Positions 1 to 9,754 of a DNA stretch of 25,437 nucleotides are shown here, piece by piece. The position numbers and the translations under genes are program-made. Under the pieces are notes generated by a model that did no database searches, was not told the DNA's origin, and saw only the letters and a program-made list of their open reading frames with translations. The stretch's first letter is position 1. Every line of letters begins with the position of its first letter. Source of the DNA: a virus (lineage: Duplodnaviria > Caudoviricetes); IMG/VR virus record IMGVR_UViG_3300021124_000031, positions 1 to 25,437 of that record; one strand, written 5' to 3'.

Positions 1-309
1 GGAAAATGTAGCTGAATTTCTGGTCAATCCGTTTATTTGGACTTGAGCAGATAATTGTGCGCCTTGTGCATAATTTGGTGAAAAAGAATTAAAAGCATTA
101 GCGACTGATTGACCAGTGTCAAATACTGCTTGTGAAAAAATTCCAATAAACTGTCCATCTTGAGAATCTGAACCTAAATAAACGTCACTTCCAAAAATAT
201 TCTGTGCTTCGGCAATAAGACTATTTTGTATGTCTGAAAATGCAACTGGTTTAATTCCAGTACTATCTATCGTTGGAGCTAATGTTGCCAATGGATAAGC
301 AGTTGTCAT
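1..309 (-). CDS. Baseplate J / gp47-like wedge protein, N-terminal part (runs off the window)
   Basis: Not in the ORF track; translated by hand from ATG at 309 (ATGA overlap with the upstream stop): MTTAYPLATLAPTIDSTGIKPVAFSDIQNSL...IFGSDVYLGSDSQDGQFIG...SPNYAQGAQLS...INGLTR. This is a typical baseplate-J N-terminus and it follows the gp25-like gene. Confidence 0.85.
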   Translation of the reverse strand, partial: MTTAYPLATLAPTIDSTGIKPVAFSDIQNSLIAEAQNIFGSDVYLGSDSQDGQFIGIFSQAVFDTGQSVANAFNSFSPNYAQGAQLSAQVQINGLTRNSATFS

Positions 310-662
310 ACGTTAAATGCTCCATTATATGTTATTTGACCATAGATAGTATCAATTATTGCAACTGGGCTTATCGTCCTTGTTACTGGATTATAATAGC
401 TTGTATAATCAACAAAATCTTTAAATCCTGGTGTACCTGCTATTGTTGCAGAAATAACATAATCACATTGCAATATATTGTTAAATCCCATTATTTCATT
501 TAATGGCAAACCATCACTTGTGTTTACGAACCACTCACCTTGAAATAATTTTAAGCTAGTGGTAATAGCTTGTGCGACTGTTGCTGGAGAATTAGACAGC
601 CAATCAGACGCACCATGACCCATGGAATAATCACCATTTATATCTAATTTTCTATAAATCAT
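306..662 (-). CDS. Baseplate wedge / sheath initiator (gp25/GPW-like)
   Basis: 118 aa; MxYRKLDxxGDY start, VAQAIxTxLxLFxGEWF, and TIYG near the C-terminus; lies between spike and baseplate J. Confidence 0.75.
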   Translation of the reverse strand: MIYRKLDINGDYSMGHGASDWLSNSPATVAQAITTSLKLFQGEWFVNTSDGLPLNEIMGFNNILQCDYVISATIAGTPGFKDFVDYTSYYNPVTRTISPVAIIDTIYGQITYNGAFNV

Positions 663-1306
663 TAAACAACTCCACCAGAATTAGAGCTTCCAGATTGCAC
701 ATTGCTATGAGTGTGATTCATAAAATCCCTTCCGTTAATCGTGCAATCGTTTGTTATTGTAACATTAGATGCTGTAATCGTTACAGAATGTGTCGTATTA
801 TTCATGTCAATTACAGTCAAACCATCATCACTTCTTAATTGCATAGAAGTTGTTGAATAATTAGGTATTTTTCTTGGTTGTGACCTTAATCCAACTATGG
901 CAAATCCATCACTCAAGTCGTGCATCCTAAACTCAGCTTGATTTTGAGTGTTTATTTCATTATTTACAACAGGACAACCGTTTTGCCACCAAGAATCAAT
1001 ACAACGGTCAGAAAAGAAAACTAAACATTCATCACCAGGATTTATAGGACAAGTAAGTGTCATTCCACCACCACCATATAAAATAAGTGGAACATCTAAC
1101 AACATTGGCATTTTTATCCAAGTCTGCTTGCCACTTTTAGGGTCAGTGTATATTCTATTTATTGCTGGTTGAATTTTAAGCGTTAAAGCAACATTGTCAA
1201 AGCTAACGACAATACCAGGCATACTAATATTCAATTGTGATTGAAAGTTCTCTAAAACGTGTAAAAAAGTCTCAGATGGTATTTCAAATCGCTCGTTTCT
1301 TCTCAT
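662..1306 (-). CDS. Baseplate central spike (Gp138-like membrane-puncturing protein)
   Basis: 214 aa; MPGIVVSFD, PxLxDVP, GDECLVFFSDRCIDSWW, RMHDLSDGFA, and a C-terminal HTH (HxH) metal-binding tip. Confidence 0.9.
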   Translation of the reverse strand: MRRNERFEIPSETFLHVLENFQSQLNISMPGIVVSFDNVALTLKIQPAINRIYTDPKSGKQTWIKMPMLLDVPLILYGGGGMTLTCPINPGDECLVFFSDRCIDSWWQNGCPVVNNEINTQNQAEFRMHDLSDGFAIVGLRSQPRKIPNYSTTSMQLRSDDGLTVIDMNNTTHSVTITASNVTITNDCTINGRDFMNHTHSNVQSGSSNSGGVV

Positions 1307-2319
1307 GGCTGTGCTATAGATTGCGTGTTAATTGTGTTTGGATTTTGACTTGGATATTCACTAACTTCTTGATGTGAAAAATCCATGGCAAGAGCAATAA
1401 TATGTGAATACCAATTATTTCCTCTTGTATCACCTTCATGTTCAACAACAAATAATCTGTAATATCCATCACCATCATTAGCACCATCTAATGGTGCAAT
1501 GTGTTGAAATGCTTTATATCTATTATAAGGCTCAGCACCAACAGACCTTTTAGTAAAATCAGTTCTGTTAATGATAGAATTATTTAATTTTACTAGACTG
1601 CCAATGACTAATTTACAGTTTAAAAGGCAAGTCATTCTAATGCCTTCATCAGTTAATTCTGGCATTCCAACTAAGCCAGTTTCTGAATTTAACTCGACAA
1701 CTTCATTATTTAAATAATATCTATTATCAACAACTTGTAAAACTCCATTTTGAATAGACCAACCACAATTTATAGACCTTGCGATATTTCTAGTCATTAC
1801 TTTAGGCATGCCCCAAAGAACTTTACCGCGTATGCTTGGTTGGTGGAAATTATCACTTTTAATTATTCCATTGTAATTTACATCTAATCCATTATCTTTA
1901 GCAATTTTGTTTAATACGTTAGCTTGTGAACCTTGTATTCCTGCTGATATACTTTCATTTATAAAAGTTTGATTATAGAAAGCGTCACCATCAGCAGCTA
2001 AAATGTCTAAAAACGTAGTTGTTGCGTCCTCTTTTCCATGGCGATATTGCTTTATTTGTCCTTTGAATATTATTGCAAAATTATTGTCATTTACATAACC
2101 AGCACTTAAAGCAATATCAGAAAACTCATCTTTAGTTATTAAATCAATTATTGTTATTTTGGAAAGTCCATAAATTCTTATTACCGCGTTATTCGGTGTT
2201 TCTGCATCTGAATTTTGAACTTCAAATGACACTCTAAAATTAGAAAAATCTTTGGCATTGCCGTTATCTGATTGATAAAGCACGACACCTATTTTTCGAT
2301 TAAACTGGTCGTAGTTCAT
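1303..2319 (-). CDS. Baseplate hub protein
   Basis: 338 aa; PNNAVIRIYGLS, LSAGY, IFKGQI, WSIQNG, TGLVGMP and GDTRGNNWY motifs typical of this hub family; directly upstream of the spike. Confidence 0.8.
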   Translation of the reverse strand: MNYDQFNRKIGVVLYQSDNGNAKDFSNFRVSFEVQNSDAETPNNAVIRIYGLSKITIIDLITKDEFSDIALSAGYVNDNNFAIIFKGQIKQYRHGKEDATTTFLDILAADGDAFYNQTFINESISAGIQGSQANVLNKIAKDNGLDVNYNGIIKSDNFHQPSIRGKVLWGMPKVMTRNIARSINCGWSIQNGVLQVVDNRYYLNNEVVELNSETGLVGMPELTDEGIRMTCLLNCKLVIGSLVKLNNSIINRTDFTKRSVGAEPYNRYKAFQHIAPLDGANDGDGYYRLFVVEHEGDTRGNNWYSHIIALAMDFSHQEVSEYPSQNPNTINTQSIAQP

Positions 2320-2320
2320 A

Positions 2321-2632
2321 TTAATATGTTATAAAATACAAATGTCCATTAGAACCAAGATTGTCAAATGTTGGTGGAATATTTATATTCAAATCAGTCT
2401 GTGCGACTAATTGTCCACCAAAATTCATATAAGAATAAGGTCTTAATAAATCAACATTTGCAACAATAGGTATTCCAGATAATATAGCATTACCACTAGA
2501 ATCAGCAATATCAATAATCCAAGAATTGCTATGATTATTCCAATATATTACCAATTGATACTGAGTTCCACCCAAACTTATAAAAAAAGATTGGTTATCA
2601 TTAATGACTGGTATTTCATAAATATTTTTCAT
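2321..2632 (-). CDS. Small baseplate protein (plug-like)
   Basis: 103 aa; YEIP...Q.F.ISLGG..Y.L...WN....WIIDI.D..G..ILSGIPIV...DLL..Y; syntenic position. Confidence 0.75.
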   Translation of the reverse strand: MKNIYEIPVINDNQSFFISLGGTQYQLVIYWNNHSNSWIIDIADSSGNAILSGIPIVANVDLLRPYSYMNFGGQLVAQTDLNINIPPTFDNLGSNGHLYFITY

Positions 2633-3369
2633 GAAAATGGAACTATTTGTTGTGGCGTTGAACTTGGATTAACATTTGGCTTTGAAACTGCATTTTGACC
2701 AGTAGACTTTATTGATGAATTAGCTTTAAATCCTGATTTTAATTGTTCTTTGGATATTGTTGCTACTTGAGTATTAACTATTATTACTTCTTGACACTCT
2801 AGTGTTACTGGCAAACTATTAATAGTGGAAGAATCAGTTTCAGTATGAATTCCTTTAGCCATCATATTGTAATATATACGTTTTTTAGTATATACATTGA
2901 ATATAATTTTATTGTTTTGTAAATCTATTAATGATTGATATATATCTTTCATTTTATCTTTAGCATTTAATAGATTGTATCCTGCTTGGTAGAAGCTAAA
3001 CGCGCTTGTAGCTATTTGACCAACTTGTCCACCGTAAGTTGCAATCATATTATTGCCAATCTCTAGTAAACTAGATTGAGCTAAATTTGGACTATTAGAC
3101 CAACCAAGCCTCATTGTTAATTTTGCTGGTATTTTATAACAGTGGTCGCTAATAGATGCACCTTGTTCAATAGGATGGTCTGTTATAATCATTTCATCAC
3201 TATGTTTTTCTTCAATAGTAACCATAGCAATAATATCAGGATAAGAATTATTTGTAGGGTCATTTAGATTATAAAGACCACTTTTTTTAGTTGATATTAA
3301 TGCAAGGTCAGCAATACCAAGTTGAGCTATATTTTGAGCCGTTGATAATGCTAAAGCTGCTGCTGTCAT
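2629..3369 (-). CDS. Tail tube initiator / Dit-like baseplate protein
   Basis: 246 aa; EEKHSDEMIITDHPIEQGASISDH and VYTKKRIYYNM motifs; immediately downstream of the tape measure gene. Confidence 0.8.
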   Translation of the reverse strand: MTAAALALSTAQNIAQLGIADLALISTKKSGLYNLNDPTNNSYPDIIAMVTIEEKHSDEMIITDHPIEQGASISDHCYKIPAKLTMRLGWSNSPNLAQSSLLEIGNNMIATYGGQVGQIATSAFSFYQAGYNLLNAKDKMKDIYQSLIDLQNNKIIFNVYTKKRIYYNMMAKGIHTETDSSTINSLPVTLECQEVIIVNTQVATISKEQLKSGFKANSSIKSTGQNAVSKPNVNPSSTPQQIVPFS

Positions 3370-4778
3370 ACAACCACCGAACTATTATTTCTTGTTATCT
3401 TAGACCAAGTATTGTCGCTTTTTGTTGCGACTGAAGCTGCTATTTGACTACTATCTGAACCTGTTATGTTATATGTATTGTTTTGGGTTATGTTACTTGT
3501 TTTTTGATTATATCCTTTATAATCATTTAAATTACCACCTGTTATTTTTTTAACATAATCCCAAGTTTCATATGGTAAAGAACCATTTGGATTGCTTTTC
3601 TTTTTATGTCCATGTCCTTTATTAATGAAATCATCAATGTTTCCTTCTCCCCAGTTATAAGCACCCAACGCTAAATTAACATCGCCGTTATACCGTTTTA
3701 AAAGATATTCCAAATAAGCTCTAGCACCTTTTTCATTTTGTTCAGGATTAAAAGAATCAGTAACACCAAATCTTTTAGCTGTTTCTGGCATTAATTGAAA
3801 TAATCCTTTTGCACCTTTCGGGCTTACTGCTTTTGGGTCTCCACCACTTTCCTGTGCTTTTACAGAAGGAACTAAAAATTCTATAATTTCATCAATGGAT
3901 TTGCCAACTTTTTCTTTAGTCAATCCACCTTTACCTTTATCATCACCAAATAAAAAACGACCAATTGCGCCAAATCTGTCTTTCGGGTCAAATTTTTTCA
4001 TCCATTCTTCCCAATGTTGACCAAATTCATCAAGACCATCAACAGCATAAGACCAAGCAGTTGTAACTTCATTTGCAAAGTTTATTATGTCATTCATAAC
4101 TGGGGCTACTTTTAGACCAACTTTTTTCTCGAAAATGTCTAATTTTGCTAAAAGATTGTCAAATTGATTGGTGTAATCCTCAATCTGTTTTTTACCATCT
4201 TCATAAGTTTTGTTTGACATATTTTGTTCTTTTAACATCTTTTCAAAATTTGCCAATCTTTCCTTAAAAACTTCTGAATTTTGTCTATATTGGTGATATG
4301 TATCTTGGTCAATTCCAAATTGAGGAAGAATTGGCAACGCTCTTTGCTCTGGCATTTTATTTAAAGCGTCAAAAAGCATTATCATCTTTTCACTAGCATC
4401 TTTGCCAGCAGTAGAAAGACCAGTAACACTTTCAATAAAAGTTTCTAATGCTGGGTTAGCTCTAAGCTCTCTTGCTAATGAAGTTATTGATTGTTTCATA
4501 GCATCACTAGATATGCCAACTGCTTTTCCAGCGTAAGCCATGCCCATCATATTTTTTGCTGATGTATCAGCTAATTGTGACGAGAAATACATTTTTCTCA
4601 TGTTGTAAGCAAAAGCTGTGAAAGCTGATGCTGCTGCAATTCCAATTTCAGTTATTGCAGTTCCAAGTTTAAATACTTTTTTACCAACAGCACCTAAACT
4701 TTCTTCAAAATTATGAAAAGAAGTTTGATCAGTTTGATAACCGATTCTGACTAAATATTCTTGTATAACTTCAGCCAT
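3366..4778 (-). CDS. Tape measure protein with C-terminal lytic transglycosylase (SLT) domain
   Basis: 470 aa; N-terminal IQEYLVRIGY, helical body, then QESGGDPKAVSPKGAKGLFQLMP and ALGAYNWGEG (SLT motifs with catalytic Glu). Confidence 0.88.
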   Translation of the reverse strand: MAEVIQEYLVRIGYQTDQTSFHNFEESLGAVGKKVFKLGTAITEIGIAAASAFTAFAYNMRKMYFSSQLADTSAKNMMGMAYAGKAVGISSDAMKQSITSLARELRANPALETFIESVTGLSTAGKDASEKMIMLFDALNKMPEQRALPILPQFGIDQDTYHQYRQNSEVFKERLANFEKMLKEQNMSNKTYEDGKKQIEDYTNQFDNLLAKLDIFEKKVGLKVAPVMNDIINFANEVTTAWSYAVDGLDEFGQHWEEWMKKFDPKDRFGAIGRFLFGDDKGKGGLTKEKVGKSIDEIIEFLVPSVKAQESGGDPKAVSPKGAKGLFQLMPETAKRFGVTDSFNPEQNEKGARAYLEYLLKRYNGDVNLALGAYNWGEGNIDDFINKGHGHKKKSNPNGSLPYETWDYVKKITGGNLNDYKGYNQKTSNITQNNTYNITGSDSSQIAASVATKSDNTWSKITRNNSSVVV

Positions 4779-4938
4779 TTTCTTTTCTCATTTGTAAATA
4801 AGTGTTGTAATTTTTTATATCAATAGCTTCATTACATTTAACAGCGTCCAAAAGAGACAAACTACCATCTTTCATAGACTCAAGCTTATACATTCCTTCA
4901 ACAAGTGGGCGAAATATAAAATCTTCACCACACGACAT
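4771..4938 (-). CDS. Tail assembly chaperone, second (T-like) ORF, 55 aa; probably also made as a -1 frameshift fusion
   Basis: Below the ORF-track cutoff; hand translation MSCGEDFIFRPLVEGMYKLESMKDGSLSLLDAVKCNEAIDIKNYNTYLQMRKENG*. Fills the gap between chaperone and tape measure; GED...RP...DG.L.L.D...N pattern typical of this position. Confidence 0.8.
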   Translation of the reverse strand: MSCGEDFIFRPLVEGMYKLESMKDGSLSLLDAVKCNEAIDIKNYNTYLQMRKENG

Positions 4939-4949
4939 TTGTAAATGTG

Positions 4950-5339
4950 TTATTCCGTCACTATCGCTTGGGTCTGCAATCTTGGTAGGACGGTATTCAA
5001 AAAATCCCTCATATCTCTCAAAATTATTTCAGATGTAAAATTTAAGATTTCTGTTAATCCTAAATCATCAAACATTATCTGACCATTTCTGTAAACTGCT
5101 GCTGGTGGCTGCGTACTGACATCATAAAGCTTGCTAATACAAGTGTTTACGACAAAATTTGCATCTTCATCAGACATTTTGTTTAATGCCATTATTAATG
5201 CTGCCACCAGCGAAACATTATTTTGTTCGCCAGCAAGCATCATATCAACAAATGGCAATATAGTGTGACTACCTAAACGCTTTGCAATGGCAAATTGCTC
5301 AGTCATGCTTAGTTTTTGAATTAATTTAAAATTTGACAT
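4950..5339 (-). CDS. Tail assembly chaperone (G-like)
   Basis: 129 aa; KLS..EQF.IAKRL, L.KMSDED...V...C, MFDDL; located between tube and tape measure. Confidence 0.8.
   Translation of the reverse strand: MSNFKLIQKLSMTEQFAIAKRLGSHTILPFVDMMLAGEQNNVSLVAALIMALNKMSDEDANFVVNTCISKLYDVSTQPPAAVYRNGQIMFDDLGLTEILNFTSEIILRDMRDFLNTVLPRLQTQAIVTE
4998..5008 (-). other. Putative -1 programmed ribosomal frameshift site (GGGATTTTTTG)
   Basis: Read as GAT TTT TTG in frame 0. The -1 frame (TTT GAA TAC CGT...CAA ATG TCG) is open and in frame with 4771..4938. Same T6G type as P2 E/E'. Confidence 0.7.
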
Positions 5340-5785
5340 TAGAATACATTACCGCCTAAAACTGGTTCAATTAAGCCAGCATTTAATTTCCACTCATTCA
5401 TGCCAGCGTCTTTTGCATAAGTCAATGGTGAAAAATGTTTTGGCGCAACTCTTTGACAAGTTATAACGTCACCTGTTACTGAGTTTTGAATGCTAAAAAC
5501 ATCTTGGCCATAGTTTTGTGCGCTTGCTCTTTGAAAAGCAATTTTTGTTGAAATTTTCTGATTTATTGGAGATGTTTTTAAAACCCTTATTGTTATTGTA
5601 CCACTTTTATTAGCGTGTAAGCTATGTTGTACAACGCCATCAGCGCCAATATCCATGTGACCAATGTCATCATCATATTCAATAGTCATACCTTCTTCAG
5701 CAGCTCCAGAGCCGTTACCTAAAGATATTGTGCCACCTGGTCCACTCCAAGTGGCATTGTTGTCTATAAAAGAATAAACGCCCAT
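5339..5785 (-). CDS. Tail tube protein (DUF3277-like)
   Basis: 148 aa; YSFID, GAAEEG.TI, M.IGADG...HSLHA.KSG.ITIR.LKTSP.N; follows the sheath. Confidence 0.88.
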   Translation of the reverse strand: MGVYSFIDNNATWSGPGGTISLGNGSGAAEEGMTIEYDDDIGHMDIGADGVVQHSLHANKSGTITIRVLKTSPINQKISTKIAFQRASAQNYGQDVFSIQNSVTGDVITCQRVAPKHFSPLTYAKDAGMNEWKLNAGLIEPVLGGNVF

Positions 5786-5795
5786 AATTTATACC

Positions 5796-7745
5796 TTATT
5801 GGTTTACGTTGATTACTGAAATTACTACTTCGATAGCACCAGCAAGTTTTACAGCTATTTGAATTAATGGTGACTGTCTTAATGACCTTGCTGCTGCTGA
5901 TTGACTTGCTATTGGATTGGCATAGACGTAAAAACCTTTATTAAGATAATCACCTTGATTTAAAGAGCCGAAACCAACCTGACTCCAAATACCAGGGGCT
6001 AAAAATCCATCAGCTACAAAGCCATATAATACCTGTTCAGCCAAAGTCGTTAAAACTTGAACACCACCATCTGTTTGAGGCAATTTTGTTGGTGATAAAT
6101 AAAGTTGATTATACCAAGCAGTTTGCAAGCTAATAACCAAATTATCTAAGCCGATAATAGTATCCATAGGAGTGCCAGATACATTTCGTCCCCATTGCAT
6201 TATAGCTGTATTGTTGTTGTACTGCACGAAAATGTTGTAGTTTTTCGCTTGTAGCGTTGCAGCCTGTGTTTGATTGACCTGTTCAGCAGTAATACCAGGC
6301 TCTTGTTTATACATTAAATCAATAACAGTGTTATTGCCTGTGTAGTTTACCTGAAAATATTTTGCTGCTGCTGACATTACAGCATATTGATTTTGACTTG
6401 AATATTGAACAAAAGTTTTTGTCAAATTTAAAGATGACAAAGTTGAGTTAATATCAGTTGTTACAACAGAACTTATCGCGCCAGAGTCTAAAGCATTGTT
6501 ATTTGGATTAGCAGTGTACCAATAAGTATGCTTGTTAGTAGTTCCTTCAATAAACGATGCAACAGAAGTAATATCAGAATAAGCGACACCAAGAATATTT
6601 AATCCATACCATTTTTGGCCATATTGATTGTCAAATAAAGTTGCTGCTGCCAATGCTGTTTCAGCTGATTGACCAGGAACTAAATATCCACCAGATGTTG
6701 ATATTCCACCTAATGTTGATGAAATATCTGAAGTTGAAGCTACACCACCAGCCATTGTTGCACCGGAAGCAGTAGGTGCACCTGTACCAGTAGCAGTTAT
6801 TGTGTAAGCGTTACCAGCAGTTCCAGCAACTTTTGCTTTTAAATACAGATAGTTACCGTTAATAGAGTAACTCATTAATGCTGTATTGCTTGCTGGATTC
6901 GCTGCTGCATAAGCATTTAAAGCATTAAGTGCATTTATTAAGGTAGCGGTAGCACTAGCACCGACAAGAATTTGTCTACCAGTAGTCAAAGAGCTTACAA
7001 AACTCCAAGCATCACCATTTATTGTTATGCTTGCTGAGCCTGCTGTTGGATTTGTTGTAAAATTATAAAATCCTGTTGCAACTGGTGATGCTAAGAAAGC
7101 AGTTGATGAACCTGCAACTGATGTAGTTGTCAAATAAGTTGCTGCGCTTGCTCCAGTAGTGCCAGAGTAAATTTCAAATCGACTGTAATTAGAGTTCCAT
7201 ATACAAACGATATTAGCTGAACTTGAATAACCTGCTGCCGTTGCTGCTGTTTGTATTGCTGTTTGTAGTACAGATGCTACACCTGACATTGATGTAGCTG
7301 CTGAAAATGGTGAGCCAGTTAAGCTTATTGCAAGTGGTATATTATCTATTGTTACGTTAAACGCTGCTGTGGTTAAAGCGTTCCATGTTGCAATAGCTTG
7401 TTGTGTTGTTGTTAAAAGTCCACCACGTAAAGCACCAGCGCAAGCAGTTTTAGCCCATTTACCAATTAATAAATTGCTATTTGGAAATTGATTAAACCAC
7501 ACAGATGCGGCTAAATATTCAGGTGATGTTGTGCCAAAGTCAGTTGAAACTGCTGTTGAACCGGAATATGTCCTGTATCTTTCAACAGAATCAATAATGT
7601 CAACATTGACAGAGCCAACTAATTGTTGAGTTGAACCTACAAGCAGCATTGAGTTTAAATTTTGATTGATTGCTGCTGTTGGTGCTAGGTTTGTTGTTAT
7701 GTTGATTAATCCAGCTATTGCTAGACCTAAGCTTGATATTGCCAT
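5796..7745 (-). CDS. Contractile tail sheath protein (DUF3383-like)
   Basis: 649 aa; DFG.TSPEYLAA..WF.Q, LMYKQEPGI, KLPQTDGG, KGFYVY, R.SP.IQIAVKLAGAI...INVNQ. Confidence 0.92.
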   Translation of the reverse strand: MAISSLGLAIAGLINITTNLAPTAAINQNLNSMLLVGSTQQLVGSVNVDIIDSVERYRTYSGSTAVSTDFGTTSPEYLAASVWFNQFPNSNLLIGKWAKTACAGALRGGLLTTTQQAIATWNALTTAAFNVTIDNIPLAISLTGSPFSAATSMSGVASVLQTAIQTAATAAGYSSSANIVCIWNSNYSRFEIYSGTTGASAATYLTTTSVAGSSTAFLASPVATGFYNFTTNPTAGSASITINGDAWSFVSSLTTGRQILVGASATATLINALNALNAYAAANPASNTALMSYSINGNYLYLKAKVAGTAGNAYTITATGTGAPTASGATMAGGVASTSDISSTLGGISTSGGYLVPGQSAETALAAATLFDNQYGQKWYGLNILGVAYSDITSVASFIEGTTNKHTYWYTANPNNNALDSGAISSVVTTDINSTLSSLNLTKTFVQYSSQNQYAVMSAAAKYFQVNYTGNNTVIDLMYKQEPGITAEQVNQTQAATLQAKNYNIFVQYNNNTAIMQWGRNVSGTPMDTIIGLDNLVISLQTAWYNQLYLSPTKLPQTDGGVQVLTTLAEQVLYGFVADGFLAPGIWSQVGFGSLNQGDYLNKGFYVYANPIASQSAAARSLRQSPLIQIAVKLAGAIEVVISVINVNQ

Positions 7746-7752
7746 TTTAGCC

Positions 7753-8346
7753 TCAATTAGTTATTGTTTCTGTCAATCCAGTATCTGTTTTAAGTTGACC
7801 AGTTGCAGATGTCAAATCATTGATATTGCAATCCAAAACAACTGCTCTAATAAATTCTATTTCCAAATCCCAATGTGTTATCCAAACACTTTTTATAAGT
7901 TCTGGGACTATAACTGTTTCATTTGTAGATATTGGTCTTATATAATTTGCCAATAACGATTCACTATTTTGCGGTTCAAAAATTCCTTGTGAAATTTTTG
8001 TTTCTGTTAAATCTTGATTTGGTCCATACATTGAACACAACAACCAAAATTTTTCCCATCGAGTGCTTTGATTGCCGCCTAAAGGGAATGAAGAATTTGA
8101 AAAGTGAACTCTATAATCAGTTCCAAGTCTTTTTTTCCTTGTTATTCCAAAAGTCATCCAATCAGTTGTTTCAGAATTTGGAATATTTGGTGGTATTAAT
8201 TGCCACCTTGGCATTATATAGTTTCCGGTTAATCCGGTTAATCCTAAAAGCCAGTCATGCATTAATTTGTTAAATGCAGTGCCAAAAGAGCCAGCAACAA
8301 CAGTTGGCAATAAAGCTCCACCAGTCGCGCTAGAATTAGCTGTCAT
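7753..8346 (-). CDS. Neck / tail terminator protein
   Basis: 197 aa; NSSATGG.L.P, GLTGL.G....PRWQ..PP..P...DW..FGI, PELI...W; directly upstream of the sheath. Confidence 0.75.
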   Translation of the reverse strand: MTANSSATGGALLPTVVAGSFGTAFNKLMHDWLLGLTGLTGNYIMPRWQLIPPNIPNSETTDWMTFGITRKKRLGTDYRVHFSNSSFPLGGNQSTRWEKFWLLCSMYGPNQDLTETKISQGIFEPQNSESLLANYIRPISTNETVIVPELIKSVWITHWDLEIEFIRAVVLDCNINDLTSATGQLKTDTGLTETITN

Positions 8347-8351
8347 TTAAA

Positions 8352-8687
8352 TTACCACTGTCTAAAAGTAAAATTTTGTCCAGCAGTCGCGCCTATGACT
8401 TGTATCGCATTTGCTGAGTTTGGCAATCCTAAATAAGTGGAAATCATTTGTCCTGCCGCCACTTGATAGCCTTTGCCTATTGCTGCTGCTGAATTAACAT
8501 CTTCAACATACAGTGTTGAAGATGAAGTGTTTTGGAAAAGCCAACCTGAACGCAAAGGCACACCAACTGTTATCGTTTGACTTACATTTCCAGTTGTTAT
8601 TGAGCCATCTAAAACAGATATTGATTCTTGAGTCTGAGTAACAACTGTTTGACTAACTCCATTAGCATCTGTCACCGATATAAGCAT
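8352..8687 (-). CDS. Small beta-rich virion protein (possible collar/decoration)
   Basis: 111 aa, Thr/Ser/Gly-rich, R.GWLFQN.S...LYV pattern; embedded among neck genes. Confidence 0.55.
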   Translation of the reverse strand: MLISVTDANGVSQTVVTQTQESISVLDGSITTGNVSQTITVGVPLRSGWLFQNTSSSTLYVEDVNSAAAIGKGYQVAAGQMISTYLGLPNSANAIQVIGATAGQNFTFRQW

Positions 8688-9124
8688 ATTATCCTCGAAC
8701 TATTTGTTTTTGAATTAAAACTCAATTGGCCATTTATAACAAGGTCTAAAGCATTGTCCTCTTGGTCTATGCTTGTGCAGATTGCTTCATAAAAACCATT
8801 GCCAAATTGTGGGTATGGGTCAAAAGTAGCAACAACAAATTGATTACCATGCCAAATTACAATATCAGGTTCAAAACCTTGTCGCTGTCCTTGTAGTCTG
8901 TACTGTGTAATTATATTTAACGAGCGACTAAAATTTTCAAAATCCTCTTCACGATATAAATCATTAGGATTTGCAGTGGTAACAACTCCAACAACATTGT
9001 TTATAGTCGTTTTAGTTTCTAAAACTAAACCATTTGTATCTGTAGTTTGAGCAGTTCTTACAACTGAGAAAAAATCACATATTGATGGGTCACAAAGAAC
9101 TTCATCAACGTCTAAATATGGCAT
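8672..9124 (-). CDS. Head closure / head-tail joining protein
   Basis: 150 aa; MPYLDV.EVL.DP, GVVT, PDIV.W.G..F.V....PY..FG.GF..A.C; neck position. Confidence 0.75.
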   Translation of the reverse strand: MPYLDVDEVLCDPSICDFFSVVRTAQTTDTNGLVLETKTTINNVVGVVTTANPNDLYREEDFENFSRSLNIITQYRLQGQRQGFEPDIVIWHGNQFVVATFDPYPQFGNGFYEAICTSIDQEDNALDLVINGQLSFNSKTNSSRIICLYR

Positions 9125-9754
9125 TTATCCCTCTGTTTCAGTTCCAGAAACTTTATTTTTAATGACATAAGTGATAGAATTTCTTAATTGACCAGTTACA
9201 ATAAGCGGCTTTGAAAATTCTACTGATGGCTCATTTCCTGCTGCTCTGCTATTAATTTCAATTAATGCACCTTTTTTACCACGATTTGCCTTAACTCTTT
9301 CTCTTAAAGTTCTATCGGCTAATGGTGGTGGAATACCATCAGTTATACGCTTTCTAATAGCGTTTTGTGCTGCCATGCCACAATATGTAAAAGTAGCATA
9401 AGAAGCGTTTAAATCACCGCGTAAAGCTTTTATAGCTCCATTTTTCATCCTGTTTGCAATCTTTTCTTTGCAATCTGACATGCCTGGTCGCATAAAACTA
9501 CGTTGTGGTATATTCATAGCAGGACTGCCATTATCGTTTATATAAGCAATGGTAGCATTATTTATTTCTACTTCTACGCCACCCGTTACTTTTCCACCTG
9601 ATATTGAAACCCTGCTTTGTTCAGTATCTTTGTGCCTTTCATTTTTGTCTGATGGCACACCGACATAAAGTTCAAGACTTGACAACTGAGCAAAAGCTTG
9701 TTCAGCTTGCTGTACTCTGTTAGTAGTCAATCTTATTGAGCTTATGATAGTCAT
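9125..9754 (-). CDS. Neck / tail completion protein
   Basis: Track ORF 9125..9787; the likelier start is ATG at 9754 (TAATG overlap with the upstream stop). Motifs VGVP, NA.IAYI...GSP..NIP.RSF.RPG, PPLA..T...R, KPLI.TGQLRNSITY. Confidence 0.8.
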   Translation of the reverse strand: MTIISSIRLTTNRVQQAEQAFAQLSSLELYVGVPSDKNERHKDTEQSRVSISGGKVTGGVEVEINNATIAYINDNGSPAMNIPQRSFMRPGMSDCKEKIANRMKNGAIKALRGDLNASYATFTYCGMAAQNAIRKRITDGIPPPLADRTLRERVKANRGKKGALIEINSRAAGNEPSVEFSKPLIVTGQLRNSITYVIKNKVSGTETEG

